Source: Candidatus Fraserbacteria bacterium
GTDB lineage: Bacteria > Bipolaricaulota > Bipolaricaulia > RBG-16-55-9
Reading direction: 5' to 3'
Length of the DNA stretch: 18,192 nucleotides
NCBI GenBank assembly: GCA_037442925.1
Contig: JBBIPG010000047.1
Span: forward strand, 1 to 18,192
The translations under genes were made by a program, and so were the position numbers. The stretch's first letter is position 1. Each line of letters opens with the position of its first letter. The notes under the pieces were generated by a model. It was not told the origin of the DNA. It searched no databases and was given only the letters and a program-made list of their open reading frames with translations. Shown here piece by piece: positions 1 through 8,828 of this stretch.

Positions 1-25
1 TGGATCTTAGATCTGGTTGAGACAT
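1..25 (-). CDS. 5' end of a gene running off the window edge (MSQPDLRS...)
   Basis: ATG at 25 preceded by strong SD AGGAGG; only 8 codons visible. An alternative ATG at 86 (SD GGTGAGGT) in another frame is also open to the edge. Confidence 0.35.
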
Positions 26-422
26 CAGGACCTCCTTTGTGAGTGTGATGACTCATCTTGAAGGAGCCCTCTTGGTGTCTCAACATTTCTACCTCACCCC
101 TTTTTACACACCAAACTCTACACTACCTCGTTGAGGAAAAGTCACCGCCACGAGGCAGGTTTTTATTTGCTTCCCAGGCCTTTCCGAACTTCTTTAGTTC
201 AGCAGCTGGAATTGATATCGTAGGCATTTTCTGTAGTGATAGCTTTCGCGTTGGCATATAAATAACCTCAAACGAGATGAGAGATTTATCTATAGATTCC
301 AGGTCTGTGGCATAAATCCTCTCCTGTCTTAGGGGAATCCTCCTCTTCGCCTGTTCGTTTCCTCCTCTCTTCGCATTCGAATGATGCGTTATGGTATCAA
401 AAGGCGACGAAGTCAGCCATCC

Positions 423-1745
423 CTAAATGATCCCCAGCTTGAACATTCCATAAAGCAATATACTCGCAACCAGCAACTGCACGAGCACAATCGGAATCCC
501 GACCCGAAGCCAGCTCTGGAAGCGAATAGGAAGCCCCGAGCGCTCGCTCAAGCTCATTATATAGACATTGGCCGAGGCACCAATGGGCGTGGCATTCCCC
601 CCAATGGCCACCCCCGCTGCCAAGGCCCACCAGAGTAGAGCCACGTTGGCCCCCAGTTGCTCCAGATTCAGAATGATCGGGATGAGCGCGATGGTGAACG
701 GCACGTTGTCCACGATGGCCGACAGTAACGCCGTTCCCCAAAGCATAACCAGCAGGGCCACAACAGGGTATTCTAAGACGACAGCCCCCATCCAATCCGC
801 AACGATCTTGAGAACTCCCGCCGCTTCAAGACCCCCCACAATGACGAACAGCCCCGCAAAGAAGAGCAACACATCCCACTTGGTGCGATGGAGAATTTCG
901 ATCAAGTTCGGGCGAATCCAAAGGAGCGCCAAGGACGCGCCGAGGATCGCGACCTCCGAGGGCAGAAGATGGAGGTCATCATGAATGACAAAGAGCACGA
1001 TCACCATTCCGAAGACGAGAAGCATTTTCTTGAGAGTCGCCCGATCCCGCAGCGCTTCCTCCTCGTCGAGTGCCATCAAGCCTTGCGGATCTTCGACCTC
1101 ATGAGCTACGTCACTGCGGAAGAGCCAGCGAAACGCAATGCTGGATGCCAAGCCCACGACCACCGCCACCGGCCCCAGATACGTGACGAAATCGAGAAAG
1201 CTCAGCCCCGTAGCTGATCCAATCATGATGTTCGGTGGATCACCAATCAGCGTAGCCATGCCTCCGATTCCGGCCATGATGGCCTCACTGATGAGCAGAG
1301 GCACCGGGTTCACCCGCAAGATCGAAGCAATCGAGATCGTAATGCTGCCTACGAAGATCACTGTCGTTACGTTATCGAGTAGGGCAGAAGCGATGAACGT
1401 GAACCAGCCCAGTGCCAGCATCAAGAGCCAGTAGCTGCCTCGGGTGAGCTTGGCCAGCCGGATGGCGATATACTCGAACATGCCTGTCCCTTCGAAGATC
1501 CCCACGATGATCATCATCCCGAAGAGTAGGCCAAGAGTGTTCCAGTCGATGGCGATGAGAGCGGTATTCTCGGGTGAATGACCTGCTTGGGGGAGGGTGT
1601 CATAGAAGCCGAGGGCCTTGCCAGCGAGGACCATGGCCGTCGCTCCCGCCAGGCTGATGATCGTGCGATGGATCTTGTCAACAAACAAAAGGATATAGGT
1701 GATAGCGAGTATGCTAAGCGAGACCGTAATGGGAGTGATGAGCAC
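423..1745 (-). CDS. ArsB/NhaD (IT superfamily, SLC13/P-protein-like) ion transporter
   Basis: 440 aa, many hydrophobic segments; family motifs SALLDNVTT, GGMATLIGDPPNIMIG, SAIVDNVPF, GGNATPIGASAN. Confidence 0.9.
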   Translation of the reverse strand: MLITPITVSLSILAITYILLFVDKIHRTIISLAGATAMVLAGKALGFYDTLPQAGHSPENTALIAIDWNTLGLLFGMMIIVGIFEGTGMFEYIAIRLAKLTRGSYWLLMLALGWFTFIASALLDNVTTVIFVGSITISIASILRVNPVPLLISEAIMAGIGGMATLIGDPPNIMIGSATGLSFLDFVTYLGPVAVVVGLASSIAFRWLFRSDVAHEVEDPQGLMALDEEEALRDRATLKKMLLVFGMVIVLFVIHDDLHLLPSEVAILGASLALLWIRPNLIEILHRTKWDVLLFFAGLFVIVGGLEAAGVLKIVADWMGAVVLEYPVVALLVMLWGTALLSAIVDNVPFTIALIPIILNLEQLGANVALLWWALAAGVAIGGNATPIGASANVYIMSLSERSGLPIRFQSWLRVGIPIVLVQLLVASILLYGMFKLGII

Positions 1746-1755
1746 GATTCTTCAA

Positions 1756-4700
1756 CTAGTCGATGTCAAGCTCTTTGCCCTCTTGGTCGTAGGCCTTAAA
1801 CGAGAGCGCCAAGCTCCTTAGTTCCTTGAGGAGCACGCGGAACGATTCGGGCAGACCCGGCTTGGGATACTCCTCCCCTTTGAGGATGGCCTTGTAGAGC
1901 TTCACACGACCCTGAGGATCATCGCTCTTGAGCGTGAGCATCTCTTGCAGCGTATGCGCCGCCCCGTACGCTTCCAACGCCCAGACTTCCATCTCACCCA
2001 GACGCTGGCCTCCCAAGCGTGCCTTGCCTCCCAGGGGTTGCTGGGTGATGAGCGAGTACGGTCCGGTCGAGCGGGCATGGACTTTCTCGTCCGCGATGTG
2101 CTCGAGTTTGAGAATGTACATATAGCCGACCACCACGGGGTGTTCGAAAGGCTCGCCGGTACGTCCGTCGCGCAAGATCACCTTGCCGTCGGGCTTCCCA
2201 TCGGGGTTCTCTAGACCATCCCCATCGGCCAGTCCCCGCTGCTTGCGCAGCTTGTGCAGCTCTGTGAGAATCTCCTCCTCGGGGGCACCATCGAAGATGG
2301 GTGAGGCGGCATACTCCCCTTTGAGATACGTGAGCCAACCTAGGTGACTCTCGAAGACTTGTCCTAAGTTCATCCGGGAGGGCACGCTCAAGGGATTCAG
2401 GATGACATCCACCGGAGTGCCGTCGGGCAGAAACGGCATGTCTTCCTCAGGCAATACGCGAGCAATCACGCCTTTGTTGCCGTGGCGCCCGGCGAGCTTA
2501 TCGCCTACGGAGATCTTCTTGCGCTGTGCGACATAGACCTTGACGAGCTCGTTCACTCCGGCCTCCAGCTCGTCCCCTTTGTTGCGGGAGAACTGCTTGA
2601 TGCGAATCACCTTGCAGCCTTCGCTCGAGGGCGGAAGCGTCTTGGAGGTGTTTTTCACGGCGCGCGTCTTCTCACCGAAGATCGAGCGGAAGATCCGTTC
2701 CTCCGGCGTGGGCTCGCTCTCACCGCGGGGCGTCAGTTTCCCAACGAGAATATCCCCGGTGCGTACTTCTGTCCCCACACGAATGACTCCGGAGTCATCC
2801 AGGTTGCGCAGTTCTTCCTTGCCGATGTCGGGGATATCGTTGGTGATCTCCTCCGGGCCCAGCTTCGTCTCCTCCGCACGCACTTCAAACTCCTGAACGT
2901 GAATGGAGTCCAGCACGTCTTCTTTGACAAGACGTTCCGAAATGACAATGGCGTCCTCATAGTTGAGTCCTTCAAAGGGCATGAAGGCCACCAGCACGTT
3001 GGTGCCCAGCGCCAGCTCACCACCGTCGGTGCTCTCGGCATCCGCGAGCACTTCGCCCTTCTGAACTTTCTGTCCCTTGGAGACGATGGGGCGCTGATGC
3101 AAGATCGTATCTTGATTGGAATTATCAAATGTCGTCAGCTCATACACCCGTTCTTTCCTGCCGCTTTTGACGCGGATCGCTTGAGCATCGACGTAGTTTA
3201 CTATACCTTCCTCCTCTGCCAGGACCAGTCGGCCGGAGTCGCGAGCGGCTGCCCGCTCCATACCCGTGCCCACATAGGGTGCTTGCGGCTTAAGAAGAGG
3301 AACGGCCTGGCGTTGCATGTTGGCTCCCATGAGCGCGCGGTTGGCGTCATCGTGCTCCAAGAAGGGAATGAGCGATGCGGAGACACCCACCAGCGCTGAG
3401 GGCGCCACTTCGATGTAATCCACTTGCTCCGGAGCAACGTAGCGGATCTCTTCTTTGCCGGTGCGAATCTCGACCAACTCACCGACGAGTCTCCCCTTGT
3501 CGTCGACTGGGGTAGTCGCCGTGGCAATATGGAATCTCTCTTCGGCGTCGGCCATCAGCCACTCGATCTTGTCGGTGAGTTTGCCCTTCTCGACCTTGCG
3601 GTAGGGCGTCTCGAGAAACCCAAACTCGTTGATGCGCGCATACGTCGCCATCGAGGTGATCAGTCCGATGTTCTGTCCCTCCGGGGTCTCGATAGGGCAG
3701 ATGCGCCCGTAGTGAGACGGGTGAACGTCGCGCACTTCGAGCTTGGCTCTGCGTTTGCTGGGGCTTCCCCCCATGGCAGAGAGTCGGCGCTTATGGGTGA
3801 GTTCCGTAAGCGGATTGACTTGTTCCAGGTACTGCGAGAGGCGCCCCGTGTAGAAGAGCTTGTTCAGCGCGCTCTGTACCACGCGCGCCATGACGAGATT
3901 TCGCAGGGGCTCCTCTTGATCGAGCGAGTACTTGCTCAAGCGGTCGGCTGTGATGCGCGCCATGCGCTTCAGACCCGCTCTCAGTGCATCCGCCGCCGTC
4001 TCGCCCGGACTCTTCACGCGCTTGTTCGCCAGGTGATCCCGGTCATCGCACAGCTGGGGATTGTCCGGAGTCTGGAGTAGACGCTCGAGGATGAGAACAA
4101 TCTCCTCCAGGTGCAGTACGGTGTCGCGCGTATCCCGCTCCAACCCCAATTTCTTATTGAGCAGGAAGCGTCCCACGCGGGAGAGGTTATAGGTCTCTGG
4201 ATTGCTGTAGAGCTGCTCAAAGTACTCCTGCATGGTCTTCAGAGACGCTCGATCACTGGAACGCAACTTGCGATAGATGATCTGTAGTGCTTCCTTCTGA
4301 TCGGCAACCCGATCCTCATCCAGACTCTTCTGGAAATAGCGATGGACCAGGCGAAGGCGGGGCAGCTTGGCTTTGACGACCTCCTCAATGACCTCTGCGT
4401 TAAGCTCCTCGCCCTCGTGCAGGATGGTCTTGCCGTTCTTGACGGCCTCGCTCACCCGGTAGCCGATGTACCGTGCCAGTTTCTCTGGGCTGATGGGATT
4501 GAGCACAAAGTGGAAGCGGCGCATGATCTCCGCAGACGACATCCCGAAGGCTTTAAGCAGGGTAGTCGCGGGGACCGTGGCCTTGCGATCCAAGTGAGCT
4601 GTGATTCGTTCGCGCTTGGTGTCCAAGACGAACTCCAGCCATGCGCCGGTCTCCGGCCGGACCTGCGCATGGAACTCGTGGGGAGCCTCTTGGGTGAAGT

Positions 4701-5103
4701 AGACCCCCGGTGAGATGGCCAAGTGGTTGACGATGACGTTTTCACTGCCATTGATGATGAACGTCCCCCGATCCGTCATGAGGGGGATGTCGGCCAGGAA
4801 GATGTCCTCTTCTTTGACCAGCTTGCCGCCTTTCAGCAGCCGTCCCTTCACCCGCAGGGGTGCATCATACGTCAAATTCTTATCTTTGCAATCTTGTTCG
4901 GTCTTGTGGGGCTCAAGCCGACGAGGGTCGCGCAGCTCAAGCACCAAGTCATCCTTCCCATCGCTCTGTATGACAGAGTATTCTTTGAATATCTCGCGCA
5001 ATCCCTGATTCAAGAATCGGGCATACGAGCGCTTCGGGTCTTCCAACAGATACGGCAGCGGCAAGACCCGTTTCACACGACCATAGGAACGCCTCTCCCT
5101 CAC
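1756..5103 (-). CDS. rpoB: DNA-directed RNA polymerase subunit beta
   Basis: Motifs RDVHPSHYGRICPIETPEG, HDDANRALMGANMQRQAVP, GDKLAGRHGNKG, GEMEVWALEAYGAA; GTG start with SD AGGAGA. Confidence 0.99.
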   Translation of the reverse strand: MRERRSYGRVKRVLPLPYLLEDPKRSYARFLNQGLREIFKEYSVIQSDGKDDLVLELRDPRRLEPHKTEQDCKDKNLTYDAPLRVKGRLLKGGKLVKEEDIFLADIPLMTDRGTFIINGSENVIVNHLAISPGVYFTQEAPHEFHAQVRPETGAWLEFVLDTKRERITAHLDRKATVPATTLLKAFGMSSAEIMRRFHFVLNPISPEKLARYIGYRVSEAVKNGKTILHEGEELNAEVIEEVVKAKLPRLRLVHRYFQKSLDEDRVADQKEALQIIYRKLRSSDRASLKTMQEYFEQLYSNPETYNLSRVGRFLLNKKLGLERDTRDTVLHLEEIVLILERLLQTPDNPQLCDDRDHLANKRVKSPGETAADALRAGLKRMARITADRLSKYSLDQEEPLRNLVMARVVQSALNKLFYTGRLSQYLEQVNPLTELTHKRRLSAMGGSPSKRRAKLEVRDVHPSHYGRICPIETPEGQNIGLITSMATYARINEFGFLETPYRKVEKGKLTDKIEWLMADAEERFHIATATTPVDDKGRLVGELVEIRTGKEEIRYVAPEQVDYIEVAPSALVGVSASLIPFLEHDDANRALMGANMQRQAVPLLKPQAPYVGTGMERAAARDSGRLVLAEEEGIVNYVDAQAIRVKSGRKERVYELTTFDNSNQDTILHQRPIVSKGQKVQKGEVLADAESTDGGELALGTNVLVAFMPFEGLNYEDAIVISERLVKEDVLDSIHVQEFEVRAEETKLGPEEITNDIPDIGKEELRNLDDSGVIRVGTEVRTGDILVGKLTPRGESEPTPEERIFRSIFGEKTRAVKNTSKTLPPSSEGCKVIRIKQFSRNKGDELEAGVNELVKVYVAQRKKISVGDKLAGRHGNKGVIARVLPEEDMPFLPDGTPVDVILNPLSVPSRMNLGQVFESHLGWLTYLKGEYAASPIFDGAPEEEILTELHKLRKQRGLADGDGLENPDGKPDGKVILRDGRTGEPFEHPVVVGYMYILKLEHIADEKVHARSTGPYSLITQQPLGGKARLGGQRLGEMEVWALEAYGAAHTLQEMLTLKSDDPQGRVKLYKAILKGEEYPKPGLPESFRVLLKELRSLALSFKAYDQEGKELDID

Positions 5104-5130
5104 AAGCTCTCTCCTCTATGCACCGTTACT

Positions 5131-5514
5131 TTACTGCAACTCCACTTCGGCACCCATCTCCTCGAGTTGGGCCTTGATCTGAGTTGCCTCTTCCGGGCTG
5201 ATGCCCTGTTTGACTACAGCCGGGAGTTTGTCTACAAGCTCCTTGCACTCTTTGAGGCCCATGCCCGTGATGTCCTTGATCTTCTTGATGAGCTGGACCT
5301 TCTGCTGGCCCGCGTTCTTGAGAACGACCTTCGCCATCGACGGCGCTGCTGCCGTGGCTCCTCCTTGAGCTCCCCCAGCCGCCGGGGCTCCTACTGCTAC
5401 GGCCACCGCGGCCTGCGCGCTTACTCCGTACTTCTCCTCCAGCGCCTTCACTAAGGCGTGGAGGTCCTTCACCGTCATATTGTCGACGGCTTCTAAGATT
5501 TGCTCTGTCGTCAT
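5131..5514 (-). CDS. rplL: 50S ribosomal protein bL12 (L7/L12)
   Basis: LEEKYGVSA, Ala/Gly hinge, ITGMGLKECKELVD, LEEMGAEVEL; ATGA overlap with rplJ stop. Confidence 0.98.
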   Translation of the reverse strand: MTTEQILEAVDNMTVKDLHALVKALEEKYGVSAQAAVAVAVGAPAAGGAQGGATAAAPSMAKVVLKNAGQQKVQLIKKIKDITGMGLKECKELVDKLPAVVKQGISPEEATQIKAQLEEMGAEVELQ

Positions 5515-6086
5515 GTCGTTTCAGAGGCTCCTTTCTCTTCTTGTTCTACCGGTTGCGGTTGCTGCGATTCAGTGGGGGCTTTGACTCTCTCGACTTCGCT
5601 TACCACGACAACCAGGCTGCGCACGAGGGCCTGGAGTGTCCCAGCCAGAGCTCGAATCGGTCCTTGCAAAACACCAGCCAGCCGAGTGAGCAACTCCTCG
5701 CGTGAGGGCAGCTGGGCCAGCTCTTCTACTCCCTTGGCATCGACGAACTCTCCCTCGATGATGCCGCCTTTCACTTTGTACTGGGAGTATTTCTTGGTCA
5801 ATGCGATCGAGAGCTTGAAGGCGATGGCCGGGTCATCATAGCCAAAGCAAAGACCTGTAGGGCCTATGAGCAGCGAATCAAGGGGCAGACCCGCACGCTG
5901 GGCTGCCAGCTTGGCTAGTCGGTTCTTCACGACGCGATACTCCAGATGATTGCGCTTATGCTCGCGGCGAAGTTCGACCATCTCGCTGGAGTTCATCCCC
6001 CGGAAATCCGTGAGCACCAGTGCTTTTGAACGCTTGAAACGCTCTTCCAGCTCCTGAACTTCCCGTTCTTTCTCTGCCGTAGGCAT
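5511..6086 (-). CDS. rplJ: 50S ribosomal protein uL10
   Basis: DFRGMN, YRVVKNRL, LIGPT, LAQLPSREELL motifs; position between rplA and rplL. Confidence 0.97.
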   Translation of the reverse strand: MPTAEKEREVQELEERFKRSKALVLTDFRGMNSSEMVELRREHKRNHLEYRVVKNRLAKLAAQRAGLPLDSLLIGPTGLCFGYDDPAIAFKLSIALTKKYSQYKVKGGIIEGEFVDAKGVEELAQLPSREELLTRLAGVLQGPIRALAGTLQALVRSLVVVVSEVERVKAPTESQQPQPVEQEEKGASETT

Positions 6087-6089
6087 GTG

Positions 6090-6803
6090 TTAGAGTCTCC
6101 TCTCCGCGACGCGCCGGGCCAGTTCATCGGGGTCGAGCTTGATCCCGGGCCCCATCGTGAAAGAGATCGTGGCACGCTTGAGATATCGTCCTTTGACATC
6201 GGCTGGTCTTTCCTCAAATACGGCAGCGGTTAGGGCTAGAAAATTCTCTAAGAGTTGCTCCTCGCGGAAGGAGGCTCGCCCAAAGGGAGAGTGAAGTTGT
6301 GCGTATTCATCCAGGCGAAACTCCAGTTTCCCCTGCTTGAGCTCTTTCACTGCCTGCCCGATGTCCTTGGTGACCGTGCCCGTCTTAGGTGATGGCATGA
6401 GCCCTCTGGGTCCCAAGATGCGCCCCAAGCGGCTGACGGTGCCCATCATGTCGGGCGTGGCCACGACTCGATCGAAATCCATCCAGCCCCCCTCGATCTT
6501 CTTCACCCAGTCTTCCCCACCGACCCAATCGGCTCCCGCTTCCTCGGCTTCCTGGACGGCTTCGCCCTTGGCAAATGCCAACACCTTGACGCCTTTGCCC
6601 GTCCCATGGGGCAGAATCACCGTACCGCGAATGCGATGTTCATTCTTCTTCGGGTCGAGCCCCAAGCGAAACGCCACTTCCGCGGTCTCGTCGAACTTGG
6701 CCGAGGCCGTCTGCTTCAAGAGATGGATGGCTTCATTCACAGGGTAGAGCTGGCTTCGGTCGACTTTCTCTCGTACCGCCAAAAAACGCTTGCCGTGATG
6801 CAT
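6090..6803 (-). CDS. rplA: 50S ribosomal protein uL1
   Basis: AKFDETAE, RGTVILPHGTGK, ATPDMM, LGRILGPRGLMPSPKTGTVT, TMGPGI motifs. Confidence 0.99.
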   Translation of the reverse strand: MHHGKRFLAVREKVDRSQLYPVNEAIHLLKQTASAKFDETAEVAFRLGLDPKKNEHRIRGTVILPHGTGKGVKVLAFAKGEAVQEAEEAGADWVGGEDWVKKIEGGWMDFDRVVATPDMMGTVSRLGRILGPRGLMPSPKTGTVTKDIGQAVKELKQGKLEFRLDEYAQLHSPFGRASFREEQLLENFLALTAAVFEERPADVKGRYLKRATISFTMGPGIKLDPDELARRVAERRL

Positions 6804-6806
6804 CGT

Positions 6807-7250
6807 TTACGCACTCTCCACGACTTCGATTCCCATATTGCGGGCTGTGCCCGCGATGACGCGCTGTGCGGCTTCGAGGTTGTCCGTGTTGAGATCGGGC
6901 AGCTTCATCTCGGCGATCTTGCGCAGCTGGTCGCGGGTGATCTTGCCCACCTTCTGGCTGTTGGGGGTTCCTGAGCCTTTTGAGACACCGGCCGCTCGCT
7001 TGAGCAGTTCACTGGCTGGGGGTTTTTTCAGCACGAAATCGAACTTCTTGTCAAAATAGACGTAGATCTGGACAGGGATGAGCAGGCCCTTCTCTAGATC
7101 TTTCGTGGCCTCATTGAACCTCTTGCAGAAGTCCATGATGTTCACCTTGTGCTCACCCAGGGCCGGGCCCACAGGAGGAGCGGGCGTGGCTCCCCCGGCG
7201 GGGATCTGCAGCTTGATCACAGCGTCCACTCTCTTGCCCGGTGCCGGCAT
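6807..7250 (-). CDS. rplK: 50S ribosomal protein uL11
   Basis: [40 protein letters not shown]. Confidence 0.99.
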   Translation of the reverse strand: MPAPGKRVDAVIKLQIPAGGATPAPPVGPALGEHKVNIMDFCKRFNEATKDLEKGLLIPVQIYVYFDKKFDFVLKKPPASELLKRAAGVSKGSGTPNSQKVGKITRDQLRKIAEMKLPDLNTDNLEAAQRVIAGTARNMGIEVVESA

Positions 7251-7281
7251 GGTCTATCCCTCTCCTTCTTCTGTTCTGGCC

Positions 7282-8364
7282 TCACAGTTTCTCGATGCCC
7301 TCAAAGCCTAGCTTCACCGGCGTCTCTCGACCGAAGATCTTGACCATCACGGTCACTTCTTCCTTCTCCTTGTCGATCTCCACGATCTCGCCGGTGAAGT
7401 CCGCAAACGGACCTTCCACGATCTCCACGACCTCACCGAGGTCGAAGTCGACCTCGATCACCGGCTGCTCGCGCTGGGCAGGAGCGGGAGTCTCCAGGAA
7501 GCCTGCCTTGCGCTTGACGACTTTCATATCATCCTCAGGAAGCGGCAGCGGCGGATCCCCCACAAAGCGAGCCTTAAGATCGCTCACCAGATCCAGAATC
7601 TCCTCGCTGATCTCCATCTTCCCGAAGACATAGCCCGGGAAGAGGCGGCGCTTCTCGATCCGCTGCACGGTGATCACCCGTTTGTCTTTGTACTCCTTGA
7701 TCTTGACCATTCCCGACGCTTTCGAATCCATGCGATCTTCCTTCTCGATGAGATCGCCCTTCGTAAGCTTCATGCCCTCTTTGAGCTTGACCAAGTAGCG
7801 CTCGGGGACCTCTTCGATCACCTGTTCGCCATCGGGTTTCTCGAGCACGATCCTGCGGATGCGCGAGCGGTCGACAATCTTCCCTTTCACTTTCGTGAAG
7901 AATTTCGGGTCACGATCCGTCGTGAGCGGCACATTGGCCGGGACTTTCTCACCCACCCGAATGTCACGCCGAATTCGCTTGTCCTCGGGGATATTGTAGA
8001 CCTCCTCGTTGCGATTGGTGAGTTCAATGATCACCCGCTGCAGCGCCTCCATGCTCACGACCTTCGCATCGTATTCGAGGGTCCGTTCCGACTTGACCGC
8101 GAGCAGCTCTCCTCGGTTGATCCGCTGGTTCGACTCCACCTTAAGCTCATAGTCGTACGGGACGCGATACTCTGCCGCGCGCCCCCGTCGGCTCTTGGAA
8201 GTGATCACTTCCTCAACGGGAGCCAAGAAGTAGCTCTCCTCGCCGTTGATGTGGAAGCACTCGAAGCGTTTCGCCAAGCCCATCTCGCGGACCCTCTTGT
8301 CCAGCTCTTCCTTGACTTTGAGCTCTGAGCCGGCATAGGTCTGAATCGCATACCATTTCTTCAT
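7282..8364 (-). CDS. nusG: Transcription termination/antitermination factor NusG with large internal insertion (Thermotoga-type, 360 aa)
   Basis: N-terminal KWYAIQTYAGSELKVK, LFPGYVF, KOW domain GEVVEIVEGPFADFTG...IFGRETPV; ~180 extra residues before LFPGY; follows secE. Confidence 0.97.
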   Translation of the reverse strand: MKKWYAIQTYAGSELKVKEELDKRVREMGLAKRFECFHINGEESYFLAPVEEVITSKSRRGRAAEYRVPYDYELKVESNQRINRGELLAVKSERTLEYDAKVVSMEALQRVIIELTNRNEEVYNIPEDKRIRRDIRVGEKVPANVPLTTDRDPKFFTKVKGKIVDRSRIRRIVLEKPDGEQVIEEVPERYLVKLKEGMKLTKGDLIEKEDRMDSKASGMVKIKEYKDKRVITVQRIEKRRLFPGYVFGKMEISEEILDLVSDLKARFVGDPPLPLPEDDMKVVKRKAGFLETPAPAQREQPVIEVDFDLGEVVEIVEGPFADFTGEIVEIDKEKEEVTVMVKIFGRETPVKLGFEGIEKL

Positions 8365-8576
8365 AGGGCTCCCGCGCTTCGTATGCCAAAGATCTGGAAG
8401 AGCTCCCGAACGACGGCGGAGAAGGAGACATCATAGACGAAGATGATCACGGTGAGGACCACAACCATGGAGATGACCAACACCGTGAGCACCAAGGTCT
8501 CCAGCCGACTCGGCCAGCTGATCTTGGAGAACTCGCCACGTACTTCTCGAAAGAACTGCATCACTCGTTCGAGCAT
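8361..8576 (-). CDS. secE: Preprotein translocase subunit SecE (single TM)
   Basis: FFREVRGEFSKISWPSRLET followed by a TM helix; start moved to ATG 8576 because the longer ORF runs through tRNA-Trp (ATG 8561 is an alternative). Confidence 0.93.
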   Translation of the reverse strand: MLERVMQFFREVRGEFSKISWPSRLETLVLTVLVISMVVVLTVIIFVYDVSFSAVVRELFQIFGIRSAGAL

Positions 8577-8579
8577 CGT

Positions 8580-8655
8580 TGGCAGGCCCGGGAGGAGTTG
8601 AACCCCCAACCTGCGGATTTGGAGTCCGCTGCTCTGCCAATTGAGCTACGGGCCT
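8580..8655 (-). tRNA. tRNA-Trp(CCA), 3' CCA encoded
   Basis: AGGCCCG acceptor, anticodon arm GCGGA-CTCCAAA-TCCGC, GGTTCAACTCC T-arm; canonical position between rpmG and secE. Confidence 0.97.
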
Positions 8656-8668
8656 ACACACCCCCGTG

Positions 8669-8815
8669 TTATACTTCTTTATGCGGTGTATGCTTGCGGC
8701 ACCACTTGCAGTATTTACTCAACTCCAGCTTGTTGCGCACCGTCTTTGGGTTTTTCGTCGTGTGGTAGTTACGACGGCGGCACTGGGTACACGCGAGCGT
8801 CACATGCTCAGCCAT
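8669..8815 (-). CDS. rpmG: 50S ribosomal protein bL33, zinc-binding (C+) form, 48 aa
   Basis: Hand translation [48 protein letters not shown]; two CxxC; not in the ORF track (too short). Confidence 0.97.
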   Translation of the reverse strand: MAEHVTLACTQCRRRNYHTTKNPKTVRNKLELSKYCKWCRKHTPHKEV

Positions 8816-8828
8816 AGCCGTTCATCGC

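Noticed and set aside
58..261. 67-aa plus-strand ORF
   Set aside because: TTG start without SD, opposite to all neighbouring genes, no motif.
2482..5454. Long plus-strand ORFs (2482..3399, 3424..4080, 4723..5454)
   Set aside because: Antisense shadows of rpoB/rplL expected from GC-rich codon usage; no recognisable motifs.
8577..8661. ORF-track extension of secE to 8609 and ORF 8431..8661
   Set aside because: Both run through tRNA-Trp.
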